Part shown: positions 36,840-46,362 of the stretch, piece after piece
How positions within the stretch are numbered: position 1 is the stretch's first letter
Layout of the letters: each line of letters opens with the position of its first letter
Source of the DNA: an uncultured Chloroflexia bacterium
Lineage (GTDB): Bacteria > Chloroflexota > Limnocylindria > Limnocylindrales > CSP1-4
Length of the DNA: 64,000 nucleotides
Direction of reading: 5' to 3'
Assembly: GCA_963816135.1 (NCBI GenBank)
Contig: CAWFJD010000017.1
Span: 1,128,128 to 1,192,127 of the forward strand
Notes under the pieces: generated by a model
The model's input: the letters and a program-made list of their open reading frames with translations, nothing else
Databases searched by the model: none
Told to the model about the DNA's origin: nothing
Translations under genes and position numbers: made by a program

Positions 36840-38165
36840 ATGGAGAAGGCAATGGCGGACTACCAGTGCGGCGCCTGCGGCGCGCGAGTGACCGGAGATA
36901 CTCTGGTCTGCCCGGCATGCGGCCACAAAGCCGGCCAGAGCTGCGTGAGCTGCGGGTTCGTGACTTCCCGGACGGCATTCATCGGCGAGCCGTGCCCGAA
37001 TTGCGGCTCTACCGCGCACCTCCCCAAGGCTCGGGCGGGCGACTGGTCCGGCGTCCTGAAAGCGGGTGCGTTCATCCTGGGCGTCGTGCTGGTGGGAACG
37101 ATCCTGGCTTTCGTCCACGGCGAGTTCCAGTCGCCGCCAGGCATCAGGGGACCCATGGTCGAGGCGCGGAGTGGACACACGGCCACCGCGATCGCCGGCG
37201 ACCGCGTGCTCCTCGTAGGCGGCGTGGGTGGTAATGGGCCGCTCGCCACGGCGGAGATCTTCAATACCGCTTCGCGAACGTTCACCGCTACGAGTTCCCT
37301 CACAACGGCCCGGAGCGGCCAAACCGCAACGCTGCTCGCCGACGGCAGAGTCCTGATCGCGGGCGGCCAAGGAGCGTCGGGGCCGACGACGAGCGCCGAG
37401 ATTTACGATCCCGCGGCGGGCATGTTTAGCGCGACCGGCTCGATGCAGACCGCGCGGACCTCCCAGACGGCAACGATGCTCGGAAATGGGCTCGTCCTGC
37501 TCGCCGGAGGCCAGGGAGCTTCAGGGCCTCTCGCGAACGCCGAACTCTACGATCCGAAGACGGGATCCTTCTCTGCCACGGGGCAGATGACGACCGCGCG
37601 TGTCCGTGCCACGGCCACGGCTCTGGGCGACGGTCGCGTGCTGATCGTGGGCGGGCAGGGCGCGGCCGATCTCGCCAGCGCGGAGATCTATGACCCCTCG
37701 AGCGGCAGCTTCACCGCCACAGGATCGCTAAAGACCGCCCGCCAGAACCACACCGCGACGCTCTTGCCCGGCGGCAGGGTTCTGGTCGCAGGGGGCGGGC
37801 AGATGTCCTTCGGGAGCACGTTGGCCTCTGCGGAGATCTACGACCCCGCTACCGGGACGTTCAGCGAGACCGCGCAGATGAGCGTGCCTCGAGAGAACCA
37901 CACAGCCACTCCCCTGCCCGACGGTCGAGTTCTGATTGTCGCCGGCGAGAACAACGCGGTCGACCTCTCTTCCGCGGAGATCTACGAGCCAAGCTCCGGC
38001 AGGTTTACCACGGCAGGCGTGATGCCGTTCGCATGCGACAGCCAGACCGCAACGGCGGTAAGCGGAAAGGTGCTGATCGCGGGCGGCCGAGCCGGCAATC
38101 CGCTGCCGACGGCCATCCTCTTCGACCCGGCTACCGGCGCGTTCCAGGGTCTCGACAACAGGTAG
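36840..38165 (+). CDS. Double zinc-ribbon, single-TM, Kelch-repeat protein
   Basis: From ATG 36840 the product starts MEKAMADYQCGACGARVTGDTLVCPACGHKAGQSCVSCGF...GEPCPNCGSTAHLP (four CxxC pairs), then a TM helix (GAFILGVVLVGTILAFV), then six Kelch-type blades (TATLLADGRVLIAGGQG...AEIYDPA.G.FS.TGSM). The listed ORF start at 36447 overlaps glgP and was rejected. Confidence 0.7.
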   Translation: MEKAMADYQCGACGARVTGDTLVCPACGHKAGQSCVSCGFVTSRTAFIGEPCPNCGSTAHLPKARAGDWSGVLKAGAFILGVVLVGTILAFVHGEFQSPPGIRGPMVEARSGHTATAIAGDRVLLVGGVGGNGPLATAEIFNTASRTFTATSSLTTARSGQTATLLADGRVLIAGGQGASGPTTSAEIYDPAAGMFSATGSMQTARTSQTATMLGNGLVLLAGGQGASGPLANAELYDPKTGSFSATGQMTTARVRATATALGDGRVLIVGGQGAADLASAEIYDPSSGSFTATGSLKTARQNHTATLLPGGRVLVAGGGQMSFGSTLASAEIYDPATGTFSETAQMSVPRENHTATPLPDGRVLIVAGENNAVDLSSAEIYEPSSGRFTTAGVMPFACDSQTATAVSGKVLIAGGRAGNPLPTAILFDPATGAFQGLDNR

Positions 38166-38217
38166 ACCCGGCGCCACGGCACTCGACGGGCGGCCGCGCG
38201 AGGCCTGCGCACCGGCC

Positions 38218-38859
38218 CTAGGGCTCGCGCCCCGCGGGGGCCCAGAGTCCGCCCGTTTCGGTCATCCAATCCCCGACTCGGTCGCATGCCGCGGCCACGT
38301 CGTCGTCGGAGACATCGAGCTCGAGCACCGGCAGCTTCGATTCGCGCGCCAGCGAGCGCAGCAGTTCTTGCTCGGCGAGGAACGGCGCGAGGTCGTCGTA
38401 CTGGCCTGGATTGCCCGAGACCTTCAGCCGTTCGGCCCGCGCCGCTTCGAACGTCTCCGGCCGCCGGACGCACAGGACCAGGTGGAAGCCGAGGGGCAGC
38501 AAGCGCTCCTCGAGCCAGGCAAAGTCGTAATCGACCCCGCGCTCGGTCCGCTGGCACGCCCTGGTCGAGAGATGGAATCGGTCGACGATCCACGAGTAGT
38601 AGGGCATCAGCTCGAAGAGATGGACCCACGCTTCGTAGGTTTCCAGCGCCCGCGCTTCCTCGTCGGCGGCGAAGTTGATGATGCCGCGGCCCCACGGGAA
38701 TGGCGTGAAAGCACACCACTCGGCTGAGATCAGCGGCGAGTGGTAGGCGTAGCGGCGCGGCCCGACGATCCGCGGATGCTCGTTGAGGGCGAAGGCGATG
38801 TCGGTCTTGTGGGTCAGCCGAGTGCCTTCGAGGATGATCTTGGGCGTCAGCTTGGCCAC
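38218..38859 (-). CDS. Hypothetical protein with a degenerate P-loop-like N-terminus
   Basis: 213 aa. The N-terminus KIILEGTRLTHKTD resembles a nucleoside/nucleotide-kinase P-loop (GxxxxGKT), but the second Gly is replaced by His. The rest is unrecognised. Its start overlaps the stop of the upstream GH13 gene by about 13 nt. Confidence 0.45.
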   Translation of the reverse strand: MAKLTPKIILEGTRLTHKTDIAFALNEHPRIVGPRRYAYHSPLISAEWCAFTPFPWGRGIINFAADEEARALETYEAWVHLFELMPYYSWIVDRFHLSTRACQRTERGVDYDFAWLEERLLPLGFHLVLCVRRPETFEAARAERLKVSGNPGQYDDLAPFLAEQELLRSLARESKLPVLELDVSDDDVAAACDRVGDWMTETGGLWAPAGREP

Positions 38860-40550
38860 GTTGCCTCCACTTCAGCTTCTGAGAGATCGAGCCAGGCGGC
38901 CGAGTCCGGCGCCAGCCCGACGGGGCCGACTTCCCCGCTCGACAGCAGGACTCGGGCCCCGGCCGGCAGCGGCATCGGCTCGATTGACAGGTTGACCGCG
39001 CAGGCGAGGCTCCGGCCACGAGCGAAGAACAGCGTGTCGGCCGGCGATGCCAGCCATCGAAACGTCGGTCCCTCGAAATCCGGATGCTCCCTCCTCAACC
39101 ACAGGGCGGCGCGATAGAGCTCGAGCATCGAGGCGGGATCGTGCGATTCGGCCCCAACGGACAGCTCCGCCCACTCCGCCGGCTGCGGCAGCCACGGCCG
39201 CGAGTCCTCCGGCCCGAAACCGAACGGCGGCCGATCGCCGCTCCACGGCAACGGGATGCGCGTGCCATCGCGGCCTATGTCCGCGCCGCCGGAGCGGCGG
39301 AAAGTCGGGTCCTGGCGGACCTCGTCGGGCAGATCCAGGACCTCGGGCAATCCCAGCTCGTCGCCCTGATAGATGTACGCGCTTCCGGGCAGGGCGAGAT
39401 AAAGAACGGCTGCGGCGCGGGCCCGAGCCACTCCCCTCGCCCGATCGGACGGCTCGCTGCGGAGCCACGCATTCCACTCCGTTCCGGCGGGCGCGGACGG
39501 TCGCCCGTACCGGTACGTGGGCCGCGCCAGGTCGTGATTGCCGATCACCCATGTTGGCGGCGCGCCGACGGCCGCGTGGGAGGCCAGCGTCCCGTCGATC
39601 GACTGCCGTAGCGCGGCCGCCTCCCAGGGACGGAGCGCGAAGTCGAAGTTGAACGCCGTGTGCAGCTCGTCGGGGCGCAGGTAGGCGGCCGCGTCGGCGG
39701 CCGGCAAGTGGATCTCGCCGCAGAAGACGGCGCCGCGGGGGTTCGCGATCGCACGCCAGCGTCGATATATCTCGTGGAGGCCATCCATGTTCTCGTACGG
39801 ATGCGCGGCTGGATCCCAAGCCCCCGGAACGTCTGCCCGGGCGATGCCTTCCGACGCATCGATGGCGTCCGGCAAACCTGGGGCTTTCAGCAGGAACGAG
39901 GCCACGTCGATGCGGAAGCCGTCCACTCCGAAGTCGAGCCAGAACTCCAGGATGGACTCGAACTCCGCGCGGACCTCCGGGTTGTCCCAGTTGAGGTCAG
40001 GCTGGGCGGAGTCGAACAGGTGCAGGTACCACTGCCGCGGCTCGACGCCGTCGTCCGGGACCTGCGTCCAGGCCGGTCCTCCGAAGATGCTCCGCCAGTT
40101 GTTCGGCGGGTCCTGGCCGCCCGGGCCCCGGCCGTCGCGGAAGTGATAGCGGGATCGGGCGGTGGATCCGCGCGGGGCGGTCCAGGCCTCGCGGAACCAG
40201 CGATGCTCGCGGGAGGTGTGATTGGGGACGATGTCGATGAGCACCCTCAAATCGAGACCGTGCGCATCGGCTATCAACCCGGCCGCCTCGTCGAGAGTGC
40301 CGAAGCGGGGATCGATGGCTCGATAGTCGGACACGTCATAGCCGCCGTCCGCCATGGGCGACGGGTACCACGGCGTAATCCAGACGGCGTCCGCTCCCAG
40401 GTCGCGCAGATACCGGAGCCGGCTCCGGATCCCGGCGATGTCGCCATCACCGTCGCCGTTCGCGTCGGCGAAGCTGCGAATGTAGATCTCGTAGACGACG
40501 GCGGTCCGCCACCAATCCGCCGACGTTTCCTGGGTTGGGATCTCCGGCAT
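38847..40550 (-). CDS. GH13 alpha-glucosidase (oligo-1,6-glucosidase / trehalose-synthase-like subfamily)
   Basis: WWRTAVVYEIYIRSFADANGDGDGDIAGI...GADAVWITPWY..., GH13 region II DGFRIDVASF, IDIVPNHTS, catalytic E in FCGEI, and ...NHDLARP. ATG 40550 was chosen; the upstream ORF extension is non-protein-like. Confidence 0.8.
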   Translation of the reverse strand: MPEIPTQETSADWWRTAVVYEIYIRSFADANGDGDGDIAGIRSRLRYLRDLGADAVWITPWYPSPMADGGYDVSDYRAIDPRFGTLDEAAGLIADAHGLDLRVLIDIVPNHTSREHRWFREAWTAPRGSTARSRYHFRDGRGPGGQDPPNNWRSIFGGPAWTQVPDDGVEPRQWYLHLFDSAQPDLNWDNPEVRAEFESILEFWLDFGVDGFRIDVASFLLKAPGLPDAIDASEGIARADVPGAWDPAAHPYENMDGLHEIYRRWRAIANPRGAVFCGEIHLPAADAAAYLRPDELHTAFNFDFALRPWEAAALRQSIDGTLASHAAVGAPPTWVIGNHDLARPTYRYGRPSAPAGTEWNAWLRSEPSDRARGVARARAAAVLYLALPGSAYIYQGDELGLPEVLDLPDEVRQDPTFRRSGGADIGRDGTRIPLPWSGDRPPFGFGPEDSRPWLPQPAEWAELSVGAESHDPASMLELYRAALWLRREHPDFEGPTFRWLASPADTLFFARGRSLACAVNLSIEPMPLPAGARVLLSSGEVGPVGLAPDSAAWLDLSEAEVEATWPS

Positions 40551-40653
40551 GACTCCATGATGCCGCATGACTTCGCCGTTGAGCTTGGGCCCGGAGCGAC
40601 TTGAGTTGACGGACGGAGCGCTTCGGCTCATGGTCTCGCGACAAGGAGGCGGC

Positions 40654-42348
40654 ATGGTCCGGTCGGGCAAGCGAGCGATTCTGATAGCCATGGTTGCGGC
40701 GGTCGTGGCCGGTTGCGGAACATCGACCCCCTCAGTCCGGCCGAGCTCGATCGCGTCGCCCGCTCCGTCGGTCGCGACGTCGCCTTCGGCCTTCGCCTCG
40801 ACCGTCCCGTCCACGCTGCCATCGCCCGCGGCCTCGGCCTCTTTCGACCCCTACGGCGCGCCCTCGTCACAGCTCGCGCCCCTCGCCTACCCACATCGAA
40901 CCGTCTTCGTCCAACTCTTCGAATGGAAGTGGACCGACATCGCCACGGAGTGCGAGCAGTGGCTCGGGCCGCACGGCTTCGCCGCGGTCCAGGTCTCACC
41001 GCCCAACGAGCACGCGCTCATCGACACGGCCACGAACCAGTTCCCCTGGTGGGAGCGCTACCAGGCCGTGAGCTACAAGCTCGAGAGCCGCGGCGGCACT
41101 CGGGCCGAGTTCGCGGACATGGTCAAACGCTGCCGCGCGGTCGGCGTCGACATCTACGCGGACGTCCTCCTGAACCACATGGCGGCCGGTTCCGGCACCG
41201 GCAGCGCCGGCACGGTCTACACCAAGTACTCGTATCCGGGGCTCTACGGACCGGCGGATTTCCATGCCAGCGCCAATCCGGCCTACCCCAAGACCAGCTG
41301 CGACCACGGGATCAACGACTTCAACGACCCGACCGAGGTCCAGACCTGCGAGCTCTCGGGTCTGGCCGACCTTCGGACCGAGGAACCGAAGGTCCAGGAC
41401 ACGCTCGCCAGCTACATGGCCGACCTGTATGGCCTGGGCGTGCGAGGCTATCGGATCGACGCCGCCAAGCATATCGACCACTCGCAGCTCGCCCAGATCC
41501 TGGCTCGACTGAAGGCGAAGCTTCCGTCCGGCTCAACCTTCTATGTGGACCAGGAAGTCACCGATTTCGGCGGTGACGCCGTGCCCAAAGACCTCTACTA
41601 CTCCACCGGCAGCGTGGATGACTTCGTCTATACCGCCGACATCGCCGCGGCCTTCACCCATACCGACGAGACGCTCGCCGCACTGGCTCACCTCGACACG
41701 GCCGGCTTCATCGGCCCGAGCGACAAGTCCGTGGTCTTCACCGACAACCATGACTCGCAGCGAGGCCACGTCGGAAACGGTCTGATCCTGAGCTACAAGC
41801 GCGGGGCCGTGTACACGCTCGCGAACGTCTTCATGCTCGCCTATCCCTTCGGCTATCCGCGGGTTATGTCGAGCTATGTTTTCACCGACACCGAAGCCGG
41901 GCCGCCCTCGGACGCCGCCGGCCACACCAACTCGATCTACGCGGCCGACTCCGCCGCCCCCAACTGCGGTCTCAAGCCGGGTCAGTGGGTTTGCGAGCAG
42001 CGCTGGCACGCCATCGCCGGCATGGTCGGCTTCCGCGACTTCACCGCCGATTCGCCCGCGGTGGCCAATTGGTGGTCCAACCCGAGCGACCCGAACCAGA
42101 TCGCTTTCGGCCGCGGCTCGGCCGGGTTCGTGGCGATCAACAAGTCCACGAAGCCGCTCTCCCAGACGCTCCAAACTGGGCTGCCCACGGGCACGTACTG
42201 CGACGTCGTGAGTGGCGGTCTGGCCGCGGGCGGAAGCAGTTGCACCGGGCTCGCCGTCGCGGTTGCCGCCGATGGCACGGCCCACCTCGAGATCCCCGCC
42301 CTGCGGGCCGTCGCGATCCACGTCGGCGCGAAGCCGGCGGCCAAGTAG
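40654..42348 (+). CDS. Secreted alpha-amylase (GH13) lipoprotein
   Basis: AAGGAGG lies 5 nt before ATG 40654. The signal plus lipobox is ILIAMVAAVVAGCG. GH13 regions are present (VFVQLFEW, DVLLNHMA, GYRIDAAKH, EVTD, FTDNHD), in the actinobacterial / animal-type alpha-amylase family. Confidence 0.85.
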   Translation: MVRSGKRAILIAMVAAVVAGCGTSTPSVRPSSIASPAPSVATSPSAFASTVPSTLPSPAASASFDPYGAPSSQLAPLAYPHRTVFVQLFEWKWTDIATECEQWLGPHGFAAVQVSPPNEHALIDTATNQFPWWERYQAVSYKLESRGGTRAEFADMVKRCRAVGVDIYADVLLNHMAAGSGTGSAGTVYTKYSYPGLYGPADFHASANPAYPKTSCDHGINDFNDPTEVQTCELSGLADLRTEEPKVQDTLASYMADLYGLGVRGYRIDAAKHIDHSQLAQILARLKAKLPSGSTFYVDQEVTDFGGDAVPKDLYYSTGSVDDFVYTADIAAAFTHTDETLAALAHLDTAGFIGPSDKSVVFTDNHDSQRGHVGNGLILSYKRGAVYTLANVFMLAYPFGYPRVMSSYVFTDTEAGPPSDAAGHTNSIYAADSAAPNCGLKPGQWVCEQRWHAIAGMVGFRDFTADSPAVANWWSNPSDPNQIAFGRGSAGFVAINKSTKPLSQTLQTGLPTGTYCDVVSGGLAAGGSSCTGLAVAVAADGTAHLEIPALRAVAIHVGAKPAAK

Positions 42349-42543
42349 CGCCGGCCCAGGGCGCGGTCGCCCCCGCCACCCGCGGTCACCGCCGCCGCGC
42401 GCAGTCGCGGTCGGCGCGCGCGCCCTCGGCCGCCGGACTCCGCTTCGGCACCCACCCCTCGCCCACCCTCGGCCATTTTGGCGCCGAATTCGTATGCCGC
42501 TGACCACTTCGGCCAGTCGGAACCAGGTGTGACGGATTTGGTC

Positions 42544-42572
42544 TTGACACCCCGTGGCGGACCGGCTAATTT
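42544..42572 (+). promoter_or_regulatory. Sigma-70-like promoter: TTGACA-17 nt-TAATTT
   Basis: -35 TTGACA (42544-42549), a 17-nt spacer, and -10 TAATTT (42567-42572). It lies upstream of the LacI gene and the sugar ABC operon on the plus strand. Confidence 0.55.
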
Positions 42573-42577
42573 CCGCG

Positions 42578-42604
42578 TCGAACCGGTTTATTGAACCGGT
42601 TCAA
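42578..42604. promoter_or_regulatory. LacI-type operator: perfect 14-bp palindrome TTGAACCGGTTCAA (42591-42604) with an adjacent related half-palindrome TCGAACCGGTTTA
   Basis: Read directly from the sequence. It sits immediately downstream of the -10 element and 75 bp upstream of the LacI gene start. The AACCGGTT core matches the LacI/GalR operator architecture (a TG..(N)..CG..(N)..CA style palindrome). Confidence 0.6.
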
Positions 42605-42679
42605 TTGGAGGAAGGCACCAGTCTTGATAGCCGGACCCTGGCCCGGGTCCGACCCCGACACGCAGACCGGTGAGGAGCT

Positions 42680-43804
42680 TTGGAGCAGCAGCGCGCTCGA
42701 CGTCCGCGGATCAGCGACGTCGCCAGTGGAGCAGGTGTATCCAAGTCGACGGTTTCGATCGCCTTCAACAACCCTGAGCGATTGAGCCCCGAGACCACAG
42801 CCCGGATTCGTGCCGTCGCGGACGCATTGGGCTACCGGCCACATCCGGTGGCTCGGATGCTCGCCCAACGCCATACGAGCACCCTCGGCATCCTTACGCC
42901 GCAGGCCCTCGTTGTGGCGTTCGCCAATCCGTTCTTCAGCATGTTCAGCCAGGGCGTAGCAAGCGTGGCCGAAGAATTCGGCTACAGCCTTCTGTTCGTT
43001 TCCCCGCTCCACGGTTCTCTCGCCCGTGCGGTCGGACGAGCCAGCGTCGACGGCTTCGTGGCCATCGGCCTGGGCGAAGACCATCCCGAGGTCGAGCAGA
43101 TCCGAAGCGCCCGCCTGCCGATCGTCCTTGTCGACTCGGCGGCGTTTCCGGAGCACGGCTCGATCACGGTCGATGACGAGGCCGGCGCATTTGCCGCCGC
43201 CGAGCATCTTCTCGACCTGGGTCACAGGAATTTCCTGGTCCTCGCGGTCGAGCCGCCTCAACTCGGCATCGAGAACACCCTTGCCAGCCCGACTCTCGAC
43301 AGCGTTTCTTCACGCCGCCTGCACGGCTACCGCCAGGCGCTCGCAGCTCGAGGGATCGAGCTCACCGAAGACCGCGTCGCCATTGGCTCGCCGACACTCG
43401 AAGGCGGCGCGGCGGCGCTGAACAGGGCCCTCGACTCGGGAATCGACTTCACGGGGGTTCTGGCAATGAGCGACGTGATGGCGATCGGCGCCATCCACGC
43501 CGCTGAGAAGCGAGGGCTGAGGGTCCCCGAGGACATCAGCCTTGTCGGCTTCGATGACATCGACGAAGCGGAACACACTCGCCCACCGCTCACCACCGTG
43601 CGCCAACCCGTCAGGGAGAAGGGCGCGGAAGCGGCCAGGTTGCTGCTCGCGGCGGTGGACCGACTCGATTTCCAGCAGCCGGAGCACCGGCGCCTTGGGA
43701 CTCAACTCATCACCCGCGCGTCGACATGTTCGGTCGGCCCGCGGGCGAAGGAGGTGACACCACCGATCGAAGACGAGCAAGGAGTCGTCGGGACGGCCAA
43801 CTAG
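42680..43804 (+). CDS. LacI-family transcriptional regulator
   Basis: N-terminal HTH (PRISDVASGAGVSKSTVSIAFNNPERLSPETTARIRAVADALGYRPHPVARML) followed by a periplasmic-binding-protein-like sugar-binding domain. Confidence 0.8.
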   Translation: MEQQRARRPRISDVASGAGVSKSTVSIAFNNPERLSPETTARIRAVADALGYRPHPVARMLAQRHTSTLGILTPQALVVAFANPFFSMFSQGVASVAEEFGYSLLFVSPLHGSLARAVGRASVDGFVAIGLGEDHPEVEQIRSARLPIVLVDSAAFPEHGSITVDDEAGAFAAAEHLLDLGHRNFLVLAVEPPQLGIENTLASPTLDSVSSRRLHGYRQALAARGIELTEDRVAIGSPTLEGGAAALNRALDSGIDFTGVLAMSDVMAIGAIHAAEKRGLRVPEDISLVGFDDIDEAEHTRPPLTTVRQPVREKGAEAARLLLAAVDRLDFQQPEHRRLGTQLITRASTCSVGPRAKEVTPPIEDEQGVVGTAN

Positions 43805-43897
43805 ACGTCCTTGGAACTGCCCGACGAAGCAGGTGCTCTGGGCCGGTATACCCCGGCCGTGCCACGTGGACGTCCATGAGGAGAGGAACGTAAACGA

Positions 43898-45187
43898 ATG
43901 AAGACTCTCGCCAAATTGGGTTCGCTCGCCGCCGTTGCGGTCCTGGCGGCCGCGTGCTCATCCGCCGCCGCGTCGCCCACGCCGGCGCCGGTCGCAACCC
44001 CCGCCCCCGGCACCCCAACACCGGCCGGCGCTACGCCCACACCCGCCGGACCGGCCACGCCGGCGCCGCTGAGCGGCTCCCTGACCATCTGGACCGCCTA
44101 CGGTTCGGGTGGTAGCGCCGAAGGCACCGCGATGGACACCGTGCTGACCAAGGCCAAGACCGCCTTTCCCGGCCTGACGATAAATCGCGTCGAAGTCCCG
44201 TTCAGCGACCTCTTCACCAAGGTTGAGACGGCGTGGAGTGCGGGCGAGGAAACGCCTGACATGTTCATCGCGCCCAACGACAGCCTCGGCAAAGAGCAGC
44301 GGATGGGCATTCTGTATGGGCCGCTGGACGACGTCCTGGCCCCATACACGAGCAACTTCACCCAGATCTCACTCGACGGCTCCAAGGTCAATGGCCACTT
44401 CTACGAGATCCCGGAGAGCATGAAGGCCGTCTCCATGTTCTACGACAAGTCGAAGGTAACCGCGGTTCCGACGACGACTGACCAGCTCCTCGCGCTTGCC
44501 AAGGCCGGCACCAAGATCGGCATCGCCGAGTACGCCTCCGGCTACTACAACTGGTGGCTCTTCAACGCGTTCGCCGGCGGCCCAATCATGGACAAGACCG
44601 GGAAGTGCGTCGCGACCACCAATGGCACCGCCGACGCCTTCGCTTATCTGAAGGCCCTCAAGGACACCGGGAACGTCAAGTTCTACACGGACGGCCCGAG
44701 CTTCCAGGCTGATTTCAAGACCGGCAAGTCCCAGATCGTGATCGAAGGCCCGTGGGCCACCGGCGACTTCGAGAAGGCGCTGGGCGCCAATCTCGGCATC
44801 GCCAACATCCCCGCCGGCCCCAAGGGCAAGGCGCTTCCGATGTCCGCGCCGGACGGCTGGTACATCAACGTCAACGCCAGCGACAGCCAGAAGGCTCTCG
44901 CGGTCCAGTTCGCGCTCTGGGAAGTCAGTGCCGCAGGCGGCGAGCAGACGTTCGCCGACTCGGCCGGTCACCTTCCGGCCGCCAAGGCCGCGACGGTCTC
45001 CGACCCGATCTCGAAGGGCTTCCTGACGCAGATCAACGACAGCTTCCCGCGCCCCCAGACCAAGCAGCTCGACAACTACTGGACCAACTTCGGCAACGCG
45101 TTCGACTCCGTGGTTGTCAAGGGCACCGATCCGGCCGCAGCGGTCAAGACCGCCTGCGACGCCATGAACAAGGCCAACGGCCTCTAG
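43898..45187 (+). CDS. Sugar ABC transporter substrate-binding lipoprotein (MalE-like)
   Basis: The signal plus lipobox is LAAVAVLAAACSS, followed by an Ala/Pro/Thr linker. The remainder is a family-1 extracellular solute-binding fold (...KVNGHFYEIPESMKAVSMFYDKSK...). Confidence 0.85.
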   Translation: MKTLAKLGSLAAVAVLAAACSSAAASPTPAPVATPAPGTPTPAGATPTPAGPATPAPLSGSLTIWTAYGSGGSAEGTAMDTVLTKAKTAFPGLTINRVEVPFSDLFTKVETAWSAGEETPDMFIAPNDSLGKEQRMGILYGPLDDVLAPYTSNFTQISLDGSKVNGHFYEIPESMKAVSMFYDKSKVTAVPTTTDQLLALAKAGTKIGIAEYASGYYNWWLFNAFAGGPIMDKTGKCVATTNGTADAFAYLKALKDTGNVKFYTDGPSFQADFKTGKSQIVIEGPWATGDFEKALGANLGIANIPAGPKGKALPMSAPDGWYINVNASDSQKALAVQFALWEVSAAGGEQTFADSAGHLPAAKAATVSDPISKGFLTQINDSFPRPQTKQLDNYWTNFGNAFDSVVVKGTDPAAAVKTACDAMNKANGL

Positions 45188-45326
45188 GCGCTCGAGCCGA
45201 CGAAGGGCGCCGGACTTCCCGGCGCCCTTCGTCCATCCCTGCCGGCAGCGCGGATCTGAGACCGCGACTGGCGCAAACCAAGGAGCAGCAACCGACTAGC
45301 GGTCGTCGAGGCCGTCGTCAAGCGAC

Positions 45327-46346
45327 GTGGAGGGCTTGACCTTGAGTGCCCAAGCGAGGGCGACATATATGCCCAGGCGCCGCCTGTTCGGCGCCGACGC
45401 GCGAGTCGCTTTCCTCTACCTGATTCCTGCCTTCGCCGTGATGGCGATCATCACCTTCTACCCACTGCTGTTTCAGGTCTGGATGTCCTTCACGGACTTT
45501 GGCCCCCAGAACCTGAACGCTCGCCACCCAGCTCCGCTCGACTGGGTCTGGTTCGGGAACTACGTCAAGATCCTGACCAACGACATCGCCGGAATCCCCA
45601 ACTACGACTTCTTCCGGATCGTCTCCTTCAACCTGTTCTGGGCGTTCAGCAACGTAATCATCCACCTCATCCTTGGCGTGGCCATCGCCCTGCTGCTCAA
45701 CCAGAAGGCCCTGGTGGGTCGGTCGATCTACAGGGCGGTCTTCGTGCTGCCCGTCGTCATCCCGCCGATCATCGTGGCGACGGTCTGGCACAACATGTTC
45801 GACCAGAGCAACGGCGCCATCAACTTCCTGATCGCGATCATCGGCAGACAGCCGCCGGGGAGCGTCAACATCGCCTGGTTGACCGATCCGGGCAACCCGA
45901 TCTCGTTCTTCCCGCTGCTGCCCCTGTCCTACTTCGCCCTGTTGACGGCCAACGTGTGGCTCGGATGGCCACTGAACGCCGTCGTGGCTACCGGAGCCCT
46001 GCAGAGCATCCCGAAGGACCTGTACGAGGCGGTCGAGATCGACGGCGGCGGGGCCTGGATGAAGTTCCGATACGTGACCCTGCCGTTCCTTCGCCCGGCG
46101 ATGCTGCCGTACGCGATCTACGGGTTCGTGATCACGTTCAACTTGTTCTACCTGTCCTTCATCATGTCGAACGGAGGGCCGTTCGGCCGTACTGAGTTAC
46201 TCGTTACGCAGGCCTACCGCCTCGTCAACCAGCAGGCGCTGTACGGCGTCGGAGCTGCCTTCTCCGTGATCATGTTCTTCATCTTGCTGACCCTCACGAT
46301 CATCACGAACCGACTCACGAAAGCGACGGCCAGCTATGTGGACTGA
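45327..46346 (+). CDS. Sugar ABC transporter permease (MalF-like)
   Basis: Six TM helices and an EAA-type loop (YEAVEIDGGGAWMKFRYVTLPFLRPAM). An alternative ATG is at 45369. Confidence 0.85.
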   Translation: MEGLTLSAQARATYMPRRRLFGADARVAFLYLIPAFAVMAIITFYPLLFQVWMSFTDFGPQNLNARHPAPLDWVWFGNYVKILTNDIAGIPNYDFFRIVSFNLFWAFSNVIIHLILGVAIALLLNQKALVGRSIYRAVFVLPVVIPPIIVATVWHNMFDQSNGAINFLIAIIGRQPPGSVNIAWLTDPGNPISFFPLLPLSYFALLTANVWLGWPLNAVVATGALQSIPKDLYEAVEIDGGGAWMKFRYVTLPFLRPAMLPYAIYGFVITFNLFYLSFIMSNGGPFGRTELLVTQAYRLVNQQALYGVGAAFSVIMFFILLTLTIITNRLTKATASYVD

Positions 46347-46362
46347 GAATTGAGAAGCCGCC

